DNA of 59,943 nt, counting the filler, from Bipalium vagum (lineage: Eukaryota): assembly GCA_037834085.1 (NCBI GenBank). It is 3 parts of 3 records of this genome, joined end to end, with 100 filler letters (N's around TTAATTAATTAA, not from the genome) between each part and the next. Parts side by side here need not be neighbours in the genome. Positions count along the whole stretch, not along the records: positions 19,005 to 39,927 come from JBBMKC010244582.1; 2 more parts are not named here. One strand, 5' to 3'. The stretch's first letter is position 1. The number at the start of each line of letters is the position of its first letter. Positions 24,201 to 36,989 of this stretch are shown here, piece by piece. The notes beneath the pieces are model-generated. The model saw nothing but the letters and a program-made list of their open reading frames with translations. It did not search any database and had not been told where the DNA came from. Position numbers and translations under genes: made by a program.

Positions 24201-25335
24201 TTATGATATTATTTAATTTTTATCTTCATATTTCGTTTTTCCCAAATTAATTATATTTTTTATTATTTCTTCAGTTATATCACCTTTCACTCATTTTTAT
24301 AGAAAAAAATATTTTATTTTTGTTTTTGATTTTGTGTAAATACATTTACTAATCGTCATAATTTTTTAAAGAGGACATTATACAAGTACTATATTATTTT
24401 TTTTCAAATTGTACGTGCATGATAGAAGTAGTTTTGAAAGTTACAAATATCATACTTCCCATACAATACTTGTTATGTACTTTAAATAAAATAACATCGG
24501 TAAAAAATGTAAATTTTTCAAAAACTAAAAATTTGTTACGAACATGTAATTTGCTACAAAAAGAACCTCTTTTTAATAAAACACCTTCTGAAAGATTTAA
24601 ACAAATTTGTAAAATTTGTACGTTTAGACTGATTAATGTCGTTCACAACGTGTATTCAGTTTGGTAGTTAATTCATTGACATTTTGAAGTTGAGAACCGT
24701 CGTATTCCAAATATCTTTATTTTTCTTTTAACTTTTCAGGATAAGTCGAAAACTCTGACACCTTTAATGGATGTCCCAAAACAACTTCGTTGGATTTTCA
24801 ATTGTTCCTTCAGGCTTAAATTGATAAATGTGATTGATTATTATAAATATTTATTAAATTTGGTAATAAGTTAAACAATTTTCAGTTACTCTGTAACATT
24901 TTTTAAACATTTCATCAAAGTTTTATTAAATATTTTAAAAACAGTAGCTTTCTTGCATTCTCTGTTGAATAAATTGCTATTTAATTATCATCACAAAAAT
25001 CTTCAAATATTTTTTTGTAAAATTCAGTACTTTTATCAAGTTATTTCATAACTACTGGTGTGGATTTTTTTAACAATATCTTGTTGATTTTCTAAAACTT
25101 TAGTCCAACCTTGGGCCAGTGCTATCAAATTAAAGACTGTTGATTTGGCATTACATTCAATGTCGATTTTCTTTTGCTAGAGGGTCCCAAGGACAACTGT
25201 TGTGTCCTTGAAAAAAGTATCAGGTGCGTTCTTTAAAACTCTCCAATACAAACTAAAATTATAATACTTTTCGTTTAGTAATTGTAATGAATTATATAAA
25301 CTGAGAATAATATTGAATTTTTCGGTCAATCTTGA

Positions 25336-25990
25336 TCAAGAGGAGTTGTTTTGAAAGTATTTGTCAATATGCTGCTGTACAAATTGACGCTTTGTTATTA
25401 CAAGCATTTGGTTTTCTTCAATAACGTTCAAAAGATTTCGCGAGAAAATATCTATTTGTGTTTCAAAGAAAAACTTTAAAAACTCAGGGTTAGGTTCTTT
25501 GGTATGACAAGTTCCCAATTCATCGAACATGGTCAGTGTATATTCACAGTAATTAAGAAATGGCTGAAATATTTTTATAATATTCTCAAGGTGAGAAGTA
25601 TGACAAGTCGTCATATCTTCGGCATCGAAGAGTATAGTATACTTTGGATGGAGTTGACCAAAAATTCTTTTTTTGATAGACAATACATGGAAATATTTTC
25701 TATTTCATTTCTGTCCAAAGGACAAGATGTCTTTTCTAAGAACCATGCCTTTATACATGAACTGCAAAGCATATGATTGCATGGTAATATTATATAAACC
25801 AATTTATAAACCAATTTAATATTATTGGTTTAAATTATATAAAATAATTTTAAATTTTCAAATTCAAATGTAACATTTTTTAATTATTATTATTAATAAA
25901 ACCCAAACACAAAAGCAATTAGCGGCTTCTCTTAACGTCACAGAACAATCTGTTTCACTTCGTTTGCACGCCAAGCGAAAGATCACAGAT
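25336..25990 (-). pseudogene. C3HC4 RING-finger gene relic
   Basis: ILPCNHMLCSSCIKAWFLEKTSCPLDR. A frameshifted first CxxC probably lies at ~25905-25920. The reading continues after a frameshift into ORF 25336-25683. Confidence 0.7.
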
Positions 25991-26059
25991 CTATCCGTAA
26001 AACTGCATAAAAAATTGAAAATCCGAAATTCTTGAACTAATGATTGAATCAAATATTCG

Positions 26060-26625
26060 TCTGCAGATCAGTGAAACCAGCATCTTTATATGCAATTGAC
26101 GAATAAAGATGATAATTTTCCGAATTTCCAGGAAAGTGTAGCATTTTTCTCAAGTTTGATCTTAATTTACTAATTTCATTGTCATTATCGATTTTATTGT
26201 TGACAGGATTTCCAATGGCTTTGATTTTTATTTTTATGGTTCGAAATGCGAATACCTTTACCAATCAGCTAGATCGCTGGTTACCAGTTTACCAGAGTCA
26301 ATAATTAATTTGATTAGCAATTCGAAGGGTGATTGATCGTTTTTATCACCTACAGATATACAGAGCTCATAGACATTGATGAAATTCCTTTATTTCATTA
26401 TCTTTTTAATCTTGGAATTGTAGATATCAATTTCAATACCATCGTCATTTTGTGGCAAGCTCAAAAATGCACATTTTTCTGGTCTAAATTCTAATCCAAT
26501 CCAATCAGTTATCTCAATTGTTTTGTTGATAAGATTTGGCAGGTTTTTATCATTGTCCGAGATCAGCGCTATGTCATCCCCGTAAGTAAGGACTTTTACT
26601 TCTGATTTATCGATTAGAAAGCTTT
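26060..26625 (-). mobile_element. Host RLE-type LINE, RT5-thumb portion
   Basis: VKVLTYGDDIALIS...WIGLEFRPEKCAFLSL (YADD motif and RT6). Confidence 0.85.
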
Positions 26626-29275
26626 GAGTGGGTAATGAGTGTACAAAACGACCTTCCTTGAGCTGTTCCCAAATAGTACTCCTACTTCCTTTCCATCCTG
26701 CTTGGACATCACCCAACACTTCCCCTCCGAACCACCACCGCCGATTGATCTCCACTTGCATCCGGCACTCAAATCTCACCCCTTTGATAGACTCAGGGCT
26801 CCGATTGACCCAACTGAGATTACATAAGCACTAAGGGGACCTCATCTTCGGCGCCAGTTGAAGATGGCTTGACTTATGTCGACTGGAAGGCGATTGACCC
26901 ACTCCACACATTCTTAACGGCCCTATTCAATTACATACTGAAGTTTGGATCCTTCCCCAAACAATGGTGCTCTTTCAAAACCATCCTACTTCTTAAGCCG
27001 GGGAAACTTAAACTCTCTCATCTTGTATCTTCTTGGAGACCCATCGCCATCCTTGCTACCACCTATCGTATTCTGGCTCTTGTCCTCATCCACAGTCCCC
27101 TGGGATCCATATCCTCTGCAATCTTGTTGCACCCCAATCAAAAAGCCATCCACTTCCATAACGGATATGGAGAACATTGGCAGTCATTGCAGACAGTCAT
27201 GATAGGCTCCAAAATATGGTCGACACTCTCTGCTGTCTCTGTCGGGCGATCCACTTGGCCTTTCGCCCAATGAAAAGCGGTTATCTTTGTCAAGGCTCAT
27301 CAACATCAGCCCCTCTCTTCATCTAAGGGGAGCCTATCCCTCATGTCGAACCGGCATATATTTACTCGTATCTTGGAGTCACTCACAAAGTTGATCTCCG
27401 AACGGCTACAGATGAGATTCTTGAGAAGAATCTAGTGGACTTCCAACATATCTCTACTTCCGATCTTCACCCAGCGCAAATGTGCCATCTATATAAGATC
27501 TTCATCTACTCCCGTCTTCCGTTCCACTTCGCCCGATCACCTTACTCGGGCCTCGAATTATATCGGGACCAGCCTAAAGCATAAGATTAACGTCTTAGGG
27601 AAATCTTTCGAACCATCACCGACACGGACCGCCTCAAGAGCTCAAAAAAGGCCTTCCTCTAAAGCCTTGCTTTGGCATTACTCGCGCCATCGATGATTAC
27701 TACATCTGTAGTATCGTGCAAGGGCTGAGATTCCTCACTAACTCCAATCAGTCCTTCCGCACATTCATCACTAACCATCTTCACCATGTTATGCGAATTA
27801 TGCAATCGGTTACGGCCCACACGGATCTCACTTTTGCCCTGACTTGGCTCTCAAATCTCAAGAACTTCTCCCTCTTTGGCAAAGCCACATGGTGGACTAA
27901 AATCCGAGAAGTGTATAAGGCCCTTAAACTTCAACATATTGACTGCTCCTTCGTGCTTTCCAACAATTCCGTAGCCATCACAGTTATTGTGACAACCGCC
28001 AATGAAACTCTCAACTACATCTTTGACAGAGCGAACATCCATAAACCTACATCGACGCTCCATGAGGCTGTAGCCCTCCAGAACTATATGGAATTGCGGT
28101 CAAATAAGTCACATGGCCTACTGGTCTCTTGCTTTGGTCTTAGCCCATTCTCTAACTTCATCCTACATAAACACCATCTTTCGTCGATCATCTGGAGCTT
28201 CCTTATTAAAGCACGCAACAACAATTTAGCGCCTAATTACCGGCCTTTTAACCTCATCAAAAATCGTGCCATCCTCTGCGGAAAATGCAATGATCATTCT
28301 GAGACCCAGGCGCACGTCCTGAATCATTGCAAAAGTCGACTACTTATGCTTACGGCCAAGCATGACATAGTCCTTTCGGCAACTGCTGATTTTCTTCGTG
28401 ACCTTTACTTTGACATACACTTTGATATGGCCCTCCTTCACTTCAGACCACCTTGCGCCCGGATCTGGTCATTCGTCATAAAACAAAAAAGCTCATCCTT
28501 ATTCTTGACGTCAAAGTGCCTTACGATTGTGTCAAAAACTTTTCAACCCATAGGCAGGCCAATCGCCATAAATACACGTCCTTCGCCGTCCAGCTCGCCG
28601 CCAGCAGTTGCTCCACCCTACTCCTTGTTGTACTTAATGTGGGCTCCATAGGGTCCTGGAAACCAGCGAATGACGGCCCGCTGAAAAAGATTGGCCTTAA
28701 CAAAGACCAGCGTGCGGCCCTCGCTCACCGTCTTCTTACTACTGCCGTCCGCAAATCATTCCATATTTTCCTCAGCCATGTGGCCTCTCCTAACACTTCT
28801 CTTAATGTACCAATATCTATCCATTTTCTATTTATTACTATTTATGTCTACTATACTTATTTCATACTATTACTTCCATATTGCCAAATACTCTCGAGAC
28901 TTACATACCTCTCCATCCTGTACTGTTGTATGTTTTGTGTAACCCTGTATAATGTCTATGTCCTTTTTTTATGTGTTTCCATTTTTTTAATTGTTATACC
29001 TCATAGCTGATTAGTTTGTAGTTTGCCACAGTAATCGCCGGCGCCCGTGTTTTCCTTGTATATATGGCTTTGACATTTTTCCTGCTCTCTGTTGACAGAT
29101 GTAGTCTGCAACGAGAGCGGAGATCATTTAGTTTCGATAATGAGCCCAATGCGGTCACGTGGGCCATAGCCAGAGACTGGAGGCATGTATGACATAAACA
29201 ATTATTGTACATATAAATCTGATTACTGTACACTGTACAGATGTGAAGTCTTATAATAAATATACCTTATTTTTA
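26626..29275 (+). mobile_element. 5'-truncated NeSL/Utopia/R5-like non-LTR retrotransposon (RT + CCHC + RLE)
   Basis: SAPVEDGLTYVDWKAIDP (RT0), SWRPIAILATTYRI, CGKCNDHSETQAHVLNHC, KHD, RPDLVI...ILDVKVPYD and GSIGSWKPAND. GC content is higher than the flanks; the central RT is deleted; AATAAA lies near the 3' end. Confidence 0.9.
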
Positions 29276-29560
29276 CTCCAATACGGGATTAATTGCAATA
29301 GAGAATAGTGTCATCAATAACAGACACTCTTGACAAACCCAATGTGCGTAATTCCATAAATGCTATATTTGTGGTCACGATTTTTGCCACAAGTATAATG
29401 TAAAGCAAATTGATGAACTTGATGAATTCCGTGTCTACACCGATATGAAGTGGTAACGACCACAGATAATGATGTGGCACACTACCAAATGCATTTTTAT
29501 CTCCATAAGGCAGATTGATGAGTGACAATTTTCGTGTATCAGGAATGTTCGATACAGGCA
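29276..29560 (-). mobile_element. Host RLE-type LINE, RT3-RT4 portion
   Basis: DKNAFGSVPHHYLW...; VCQECLLLMTLFSIAINPVLE (degenerate GVxQGCPLS..LF). Confidence 0.85.
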
Positions 29561-30540
29561 TTCAAACTTGCATTGTGTTAATTCATTTTCAGCTGCATTT
29601 CGAAATAATATTGATTAAAAATTTGTGGTCAGATCAAAGAGCTAGACTTATTTTGTTAATAATATTTATTTCTATACATTACCTCAGTATGAGATTTAAT
29701 ATCAATTTTTAAAGAAAATGAAATCTTTTATTATTTATAAATACATTTTTATGTTAATATTCAAAATCAAAATTGTATTTTGTTTCCAAAATAGTTATTT
29801 TTAATTTAATGATGATTTTTATATGAAAAAATCACTGTGGTTTCCTTAAACTCATGCATGAATTTATTTTTTGTTTAATAAGCTTTTAGATCTATGTAAG
29901 TATCAGCAAATATAAAACATAAATTTTGTTTTTTCATTTTCATTTATTATTTCAAATTGGTTTTGAATAAAAAGTGATATATTTAAATTTATCATTTTTT
30001 ATATTTAGAAGTTAATACTATTTGAAGTTTTAATTTTTTATTAATTTCAAAATATCGATTTGTTATTTTTCTATTTCATCTAGATAATTGAAAGCATTTT
30101 AAATCTTTTAAGTTAATTCAATTTTAGATTTTAAAATTATTTTCATTTTATACTTACATTTATTTTCACATGAAATTGAAATATTATTTTTCTTTATAAC
30201 TTACTTTTCTTATAGTTTCCAGGAGAATTATGTGGTGGTTCATTAAATAGATTTGCAATATGTTTCTAATTGTCTTTGTAGATTTTAAATATTCGATATA
30301 TATGTTTTCGTTTTAAGAGGGATTGGAATGCATAGGAAAATATTTTAATTAACAGGATTTTTATGAATAATTTTATTTAATATTGAAAATCCGAAATGTA
30401 TTACTGGACAATCTAATATCTTTACTTATTTTGTGGTGAATAAATATACAACAAAAATAAAAATCATATATCATATAATTTACTTTATTATACAAAACTA
30501 AATGGTCAGTAAAAACGTCATCATTTTACAATACGTCCAA

Positions 30541-31164
30541 TTATTGAGTCCATTGGCCAAATTCCTTGTTACTTGCAATACTGAGAGGCCAGTTTCCGGA
30601 TGGTGTATATGAGTCGCTATAGCTTGCTAAGGGACCGGAAGAAAATTTAGGAGAGTAATTATAAAAATTGTGAGGATAACCACTGATATATGCATCACTT
30701 GGTATGTCACAGAACATGTGTCCATTTAACATGCTGGAAGCATTATAAGTTTGATCGAATAATGATTGATCAGTAGAAGAATGATCAAAGTATCTTAGAA
30801 AGTTGTTTGACGGAGGCACAATAGCAGCTGAGGAATTTGATTCGATATTATGTACTGGTATTATAATTGGATTTCTCTCTTGCTGACCAGCTAAACCGTT
30901 GACACTCAGTGGGTTTTCGTGAAGTTGGATCACAGACTTATGTCTTGATCCCCACAAATTAGTCTCACAGCCGAGATTATTATTTACATTAAGCCAATTA
31001 GAATATTTGTTAATGTATTCCGGATAGAATGATGTCTGATCTGGAGATCTTGAATCGGTTTTATTTGGTGATATGATGTTGCTTGTGGATTTCGATTCCG
31101 ATTTTGTTGATAAGGTCTTACTAGCACTACTAACGGTTCCTTTACTTCCATTCACTTGAGAGTT
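30541..31164 (-). CDS. otx: Otx gene, probable terminal exon 4 (Ser/Asn/Tyr-rich)
   Basis: Phase-0 acceptor ATTCAG|AAC matches the exon-3 donor; 208 codons including the stop. Linkage to Otx is inferred from phase and composition. Confidence 0.75.
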   Translation of the reverse strand, partial: NSQVNGSKGTVSSASKTLSTKSESKSTSNIISPNKTDSRSPDQTSFYPEYINKYSNWLNVNNNLGCETNLWGSRHKSVIQLHENPLSVNGLAGQQERNPIIIPVHNIESNSSAAIVPPSNNFLRYFDHSSTDQSLFDQTYNASSMLNGHMFCDIPSDAYISGYPHNFYNYSPKFSSGPLASYSDSYTPSGNWPLSIASNKEFGQWTQ

Positions 31165-31260
31165 CTGAATCATGTATAAATAGAATCATTTAGGTTTGTA
31201 TATTGTTAAAAAATACAGATTAGTATGTTGACTTTTAATTAGAAAGTTAAGATGTTGACT

Positions 31261-32510
31261 TGAAGCTTGATGAAAGAGATCGATTACAAACTGTGATTTT
31301 CTTTTGAATAGGTTGCTCTAATACCATTATTAAATTTAATTAAATTCTTTAATTGTCATTTTATCTAAATATTTTATTTACTTTGTAAATCAATAAATAT
31401 TATCAATGAAAAAGGTTAAACAATTTGAAATGGGGAAAATTTGGTCCAAATACAATCAAATTACAGCTTTTTGATATTCAACGACCGCTAAAAATTATGG
31501 AGCTGCAAAATCAACCGTTCAAATAGTTATTTCAAACTACAAAAAGACTTATAATGAACAGAAAGCAGGTCCAATTAATACCAACCTAGCAAACAATGTC
31601 ATCAGTTTGTTTAAGAAAAATCCATCGCTTTCAATGCATGATATTGCAAAAAAAATGTAAAACGTCAAAACCATACCATCACAACATGAAGGAGAATAGA
31701 GAATTCAAATCATACAACGCCACTGTTGCTCCTGATTGTGATGAACAAAAGAATAAAATTGCTAAATCCCGTTCGAAAAAGCTTAATGAAAATTTCCTTA
31801 CCAAAGTTGATTGTGTTATAATGGACGATGAGACTTACATTAAAGTAGACTTCAAACAAATGTCAAGTCAGAAATAATATGTTGCAGAGACTAAAGACGT
31901 AGCTGCTGAAAGATTTAGGATGAGAAAGATCTCAAAATTCCCAAAGAAATGACCCATGTGGCAAGCCATTTGTACATGTGGGAAAGACAAGCGAAAGTTT
32001 CATCAAAACTGAAACAAGAAATCAAGAAATTTACATCAATAGGTATCTTCAGAATATCTATTGGCGCTTATTAATAAGCATGATTGTCTTACTTTTTCTG
32101 GGCGATCTCACAAGTTCTCTATATGCTAAAGATAAATTAGAATGGTAAAAAACAATTTGAAAATTGTTCCTCGACATGCCAACCATCCTAACTGGCGAGA
32201 ACTTCGAATAATAGAAAAATATTAGGTAATTGTAAAATGAAATCTAAATAAAGCTTAGGGCGCTGCAAAGAATGAAGCAGACTTTAAAAGAAAGTGGAAG
32301 AAGTCAATGGACAAGGTAACTAGAAGTTGAAGGGAGGAGTAAAAAGAAAAGTACGCCAATTTTATCGGGCTTATGATATTTTGTTAAATATCAATAGAAT
32401 TTGTTCTCTGTATATAATCTGTTTAAAATAAACAGAGTTTTATTAAAATAGTCTTTGCCTTATAGTTTTTATATTACTTATATAAAAACCTCTTTTCATC
32501 GAGGACACTC
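31261..32510 (+). mobile_element. Decayed DD37E (ITmD37E-like) transposon in Otx intron 3
   Basis: CVIMDDETYIKVDF, WQAICTCG and NHPNWRELRIIEKY; partial TIR TTGATGAAAGAG / CTCTTTTCATCGA. Confidence 0.8.
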
Positions 32511-32897
32511 ATTATTATGAATTACTTTATTTCTAAACATGTTATACAATAAAAACTGAATCCCTTGGAGAAAAGTTAAAAACAGACAAAAGTATAATCA
32601 CCAAGATCTAATATCAAAATGGTCATGTCATTATATATTGTTGTCATCAATGTTGATGAAGCCACAATTCTTCACAGGTCGAATGTCATCAGAAGATTTT
32701 TGAACATATTTTCAGTAGAAAATGGATTTTATTTTTTTAAAATCTCTGTTTAAAAATTAAACATCCCAAGGATTTCGGTTTTATATATGGTCAAGACTAA
32801 GACATACATGAAAGACATAATGGAAATGTCCCGAGATCTTCAACTCAACCAGTTGACACATAAGAAATCAATACTCTTCGTGTAGGCTTTGATTTGT

Positions 32898-33830
32898 ATT
32901 AGGTTGGTTCAAAAAATAATGTTGTTTTTCATTTATGTAACTTAATAGATTTGAGGTGCAGGTTGCTTAACTGATATCTTTATTCTGTTACCATTCGAAA
33001 GCCCAAATTTCATTAAGTATTTTTTATTATTATCTTTAATGATTTTTAATTATATTTTTTCTAGACAATTTTAAAAAGTCGAATTTCAACAATTTCCTTT
33101 TGCGAGTACAAAATTTTCTTATATGTATACGCTTAAAAAATTAATAAACCATTCGGTCAGGGAACATTTGGTGATATTGAGTAGTGCAACATTTGTATGA
33201 TCGTTGAGATAGAGACCCTTGAATGTCACGAAGGTTATGGCCGAACATACATATTGCCAATAACAAACTAAGAAAAGTAATCGAAGCGGATCCACAAAAA
33301 TTCACTAAAGAACAAGCAGAGGCACCCAATGTCAACCAAACTATTGTACATCGTCATCTGAATCAAAAGGGTGAATAAGTGAATGCTACATCAGTTCAAC
33401 GTAAAATATAAATCGCCGTTTTTCAACTGGCATCTTCAGGCACTTACGCAACAACAGTGACCTATTTCTTTATCGAATCGTGACGTGCAATGAGAAATGA
33501 GCGAAAACTAAATTTGCACAAAAAACTTATTTTTACTGTTTGGTGGGTCACGACCGGCATGATCTAGCCAAACTTTCTGGACTCGAACGAAACTTTTACG
33601 ACAGAGAAATACTTTCAGCATATTCAAGAAATACGCGAAAAACAAACAAATCTTCATCTTTTTAAGAACCTGGATAATTTCCTTCTCAACAGTTGCTTTA
33701 AAAACCGATTCGAATGCCAAAACGGCACTTGATAAGTTCGTGATCCACTGAACCAAAAATTTTTATTCAAGAGACATCAATAAACTTGTTAATCGTTGAC
33801 AGACAGGCATTGAATCTCATTTTATTTTGA
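32898..33830 (+). mobile_element. Decayed mariner
   Basis: TIR-like TATTAGGTTGGTTCAAAAAATAA; KLRKVIEADP, FLYRIVTCNEK. Confidence 0.75.
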
Positions 33831-35011
33831 CTTTAAAGTTTAATTTAATTATTCCATATGAATTTAGGATCGGTTCATAGTAGAATTATCTTTGTCTGTG
33901 GAGTAAATATGTTCAGTGATCTTTAAATAACAAATACTTTAAAAAATTATTTAAGTTCCTGAAACCAAATGGAAAATCGGTTGACTTCAAGGAAAAAAAC
34001 TAGCCATATATGATTCTCGACGATATTTTTAACAAGAGAAAGTGTATCAGCTGAATACCAACTAATGAAACTATTGACCTTCGAAAGACCTTTGACTAAA
34101 GTTCATTGTGAATATCAGTACTACAATCCTCGATTATGCTTACAATTCAATGGAGATTATTTCGAAGGTTAGTTTTAAATTCTCTCTCTGTTAATTTATT
34201 TCTACAAAAAAATATCTTTTGTCGAGGCTTGAATAAGTGTCGATGAAGCCTTTATACCATTTTATATTTATTAAAAAATGTTTTTCATAGTATTCCTTAG
34301 TCTAAGAATGGATTATTTTTCTCAATATATTTAGCAAAAATAAAAAAAAATTTCACTGTTTCAAAAAAATAATAAAATATTCTGTAAATGTTTACAAAAT
34401 TGAATTAAAAATGTACAGTATGAAACGTTGAGTTTTAGAAACTATTTCAAGAAACAAACCATCAAAACCCTTGTTGTATGGATTACATCTCTCTTAAAAG
34501 ATATTTTTTTAAGGATTAAGTATCCTTTATAACTTAATGAAATCGGTTTAAGAACGTTTTAAAACTGGTTGTCCTGTCATTTAGAGAATTATGGTCTAAA
34601 TGGAGGCTGTTGTTTAAACTTAGCTACAATCAATATACAGTATAAAACTTTCTTCAATTGTAACGAGGTCGGATTGTTCCTTATTTACATATTGTCAATC
34701 AAAGATTACATCTTGATTTATCTAAAAGCTTATGAAATTCTTTAGACCACTGGAAGAAGTATTTTGAATGCATCTAAAAATTTAGAAAAATATGGATTAT
34801 GATCCAGGTCTGAAATGAAAACGTTCATCTTTGTACTCTTTAGAATGTCTTTTATTTTGTAATCGTTGTGCATTAAACTATTTCAATCATGTTTCATCAA
34901 CATGTTTTTGGTAGAGGATTGAGATCGATCATTTGCAGAAGTAAAATCATTTTGGATTAAAGCAAAAACATTATTTAAATTATACGTTGCTTTAAAAGCT
35001 TAAGAGTGTAC

Positions 35012-36140
35012 TATTGGGGTGTATCAATAGTCTTTTACCAAAAGCGGTATCTATATCTTAATTAAAATACCTCAAATAAATAATAAATAAAATAATCAAT
35101 TTGAATATATCAATTTAAGGATTTTTCAATGCAGAATTTAATTTCATGTATAATATATATTATGAAATTATTTTTATATATTATGAATAACGGAAAAAAC
35201 AAAAATTCGAATCATTTTAAAATACCTGTGGAAAAAGGACCTCAGTGCCAAGGCTGAAGAAATATGTTCAGTAGAGGTAATGAAATGATTTATATGTGCA
35301 CGGTGTTTAATTGGTTTAGGCGCTTCTATGAGAGAGATGTCAATATGAAAATGGCCTCGTTTCGGCTGCCATTCTTGTCGACGAAAATACTTAACTGTCA
35401 ATAGTGATACATGATTCACATAAAAGCATGAGACGTTTATCGGCAGCACTTGAACAATCTAAAGATACTATATAGAAATTTACAAAAGTTTTCATTTTCC
35501 AAAATAGTATGAAAAGAAGATTCACGCGAATTAACAGTTTCTTTACTGATCACAGAATAAGTAATTACAAGAAAATCTTCGTTATGATCGATTCCGCGAA
35601 CAGATCAAAACTGGAATGAGAAATAGATATACTGACATATGTTGGCAACAACCTGTTACTCAATATGGAAAAAAGGTTCTGTTTGGCGATGGTAGAATTT
35701 TGAGGAAAGTATTCATTTTGAATTTGTTTCTAAATGTGCCTCAGTGAATGCTAAGTTGCACGCAGAGATATTGGAACGTGTCTATGACATTTTAAAGATA
35801 TTTTATCAAAATTTAATGATGATGCTCTTGCACACTCAGCAAATATTGAATATATGCGTGGTCTATAATTACGTTCATATCCAAACATAGAATACGACTT
35901 ATTCCGCTCTATTTCGGCATTTTTTCAGGATTAGCGGTTTGAAACATTGGAATAGGTTGAGCAGACTTGTCGTGAATATTTTACCTCCAAAAACAAGGAA
36001 TTATATCTTCATTAGATTCGACAATTATCAGAGAGAGGGCTTAAGGTCAGTGACGAAGACTAATCATCTTTTGTTCTTCTTTTATGTACATTTAAATAAA
36101 TGTTGTTTTATGGAAATTGTTTACAAAACGCGATAGATTT
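35012..36140 (+). mobile_element. Decayed mariner
   Basis: KIRIILKYLWKKDLSAKAEEICSVE, KKVLFGDG..FEESIHFEF, DDALAHSA. Confidence 0.7.
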
Positions 36141-36358
36141 TATTTAATGAGTTTTATTAGCTTAAAAAAGTCAGTTATATTTAAGAAAAAGTTATTAATA
36201 TTATTATTATTACACTGATCTCAGTTTTTTAAAAATACTGATGCCAGTGATTTTTAATAAACAATCGCTTTTTGTTAAAAAGCTTCCAGGAAGTGAAATG
36301 AAATCAAAACTATTTCCCTAAAATGAAAAATTGTGGTGTCTTCAAAAAGTTTACTTAC

Positions 36359-36586
36359 TTGCATGTCCTTAGATTTAGATTTTGATATCTTTCTACTTGA
36401 AGATTTCATAAACTTCTCTTGGGTATTACTGGAGTCTGATACGAAACTCAAATCGTTAGTACCCCTGCCATCCGGAACCTCGAGACAAATTTTCGATTTT
36501 TCCTTGATACCAGCATTTTTGATCACTGTCATTCTATTGAGCATATGCTTTTCAGCCGACAATGTAGGCAACTGTTCCTGAGACAA
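36359..36586 (-). CDS. otx: Otx exon 3
   Basis: Follows a 43-nt GT-AG intron (36629-36587); ends CAA|GTAAGT, phase 0. Confidence 0.85.
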
Positions 36587-36629
36587 CTAAATATCGAATA
36601 ACAGAAGTATGGATCTTTAAATCTAATAC

Positions 36630-36847
36630 ATTGTATCCGTTGGGCTTCTGTTTACTTTTTTGTCGTTCTTTTGCCCTTCGATTCTTGAACCAGACTTGGA
36701 CTCTTGACTCTGGTAAATTGATTTTCGAAGATATTTCGTCTCGAAGAAAGATGTCGGGATATCTGTTTTTTTCAAAATGCATTTCGAGAATTTCTAATTG
36801 CTGCCTGGTGAACGTTGTTCTGTCCCTTCTCGTCTTTTTGTTCGGAA
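36630..36847 (-). CDS. otx: Otx exon 2, complete K50 paired-class homeodomain
   Basis: [60 protein letters not shown]; phase-1 acceptor TTTAG|TT. Confidence 0.96.
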
Positions 36848-36989
36848 CTAAATTATTGATAATTTTATATCTAATGTATCCTTTGTATAATTAGAATGAG
36901 TATCCATTGGCTTTTCATTTTATCGTATACTAAATTAGAAGCTTTTTCATTATTTTATTTTTTATTTATATTAATCATATTTATATATA

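Noticed and set aside
36333-36894. Plus-strand ORFs overlapping Otx exons (likewise antisense ORFs over GCNT and the LINE)
   Set aside because: These are antisense shadows of real coding sequence.
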